The position numbers and the translations under genes were made by a program. Positions 63,482-64,000 of a DNA stretch of 64,000 bases are shown piece after piece. Positions within the stretch are counted from its first letter, which is position 1; every line of letters begins with the position of its first letter. Location of the stretch: NCBI GenBank assembly GCA_013265495.1, contig MU058824.1, positions 6,033,245 to 6,097,244 on the forward strand. Reading direction: 5' to 3'. This DNA is from Vicugna vicugna. Its lineage: Eukaryota. The notes beneath the pieces were generated by a model, which did no database searches, was not told where the DNA came from, and saw only the letters and a list, made by a program, of their open reading frames with translations.

Positions 63482-64000
63482 GATAAGATGATAGACTTAA
63501 AACAATGAAATTAAAAAATGAAAGAACGGAGAGAGAGGATTTTGTGAGGATTATTTTATTGAGAGGTGAACTATGATTATTCCTTCTCCTGGACCCCCAA
63601 GGAAGAGATATGTATGTGTGGAAACACTGCTTCCCAAACCTAAGCCTAGTGCAAGAGACTTCAACTGAAGCTCTTGGAGTTTGATATGTGACCCTTAGAT
63701 TTTGAGTGATGAATGAATTGGGTCTGACTGTCATCTGAGAAACCTAGTAGATTACAGACTGGCTGTTGGCTGCTCTGATGACAGAGGTAACTATGAAGAT
63801 CAGCCCAAACTCCCAGTTTGTCAGAAAAAAGAATGTGTGAGAAATGGGCCACAGGTAGAAAAGAAGCTGTCTCACAACAGTATCAGTCAGGTAAATATTT
63901 CATGACCCCACTTCCTCTCCTCCATCTCAATGCTCCAATGCTGGTGGAGTCAGAACAGCAACTAACTTGTAAGTGGAACAACAGAAAAAGAGGAAGCCAA

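Overview
AT-rich mammalian genomic DNA, intergenic or deep intronic. No protein-coding gene, tRNA, rRNA or CRISPR array can be supported. The window is mostly decayed interspersed repeats: L1s (including a nested ~13-kb complex at 44.5-57.5 kb), HAL1, L2, MIR, MaLR/ERVL/ERV1 solo LTRs, hAT and Tigger MITEs, and one full-length Tigger1. The provided ORFs are transposon remnants or chance ORFs. A cetartiodactyl-type L1 3' end, with no ruminant, pig or CHR SINEs seen, points to a camelid host (inference). The most distinctive item is a 33-nt tailless U1 snRNA retrocopy with a 15-bp target-site duplication inside Tigger1, which also creates a perfect + strand 5' splice site. I see no evidence of a new multi-gene biological system. 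Repeat family names come from my recall of consensus sequences, not a search; subfamily calls and boundaries without a TSD are approximate.
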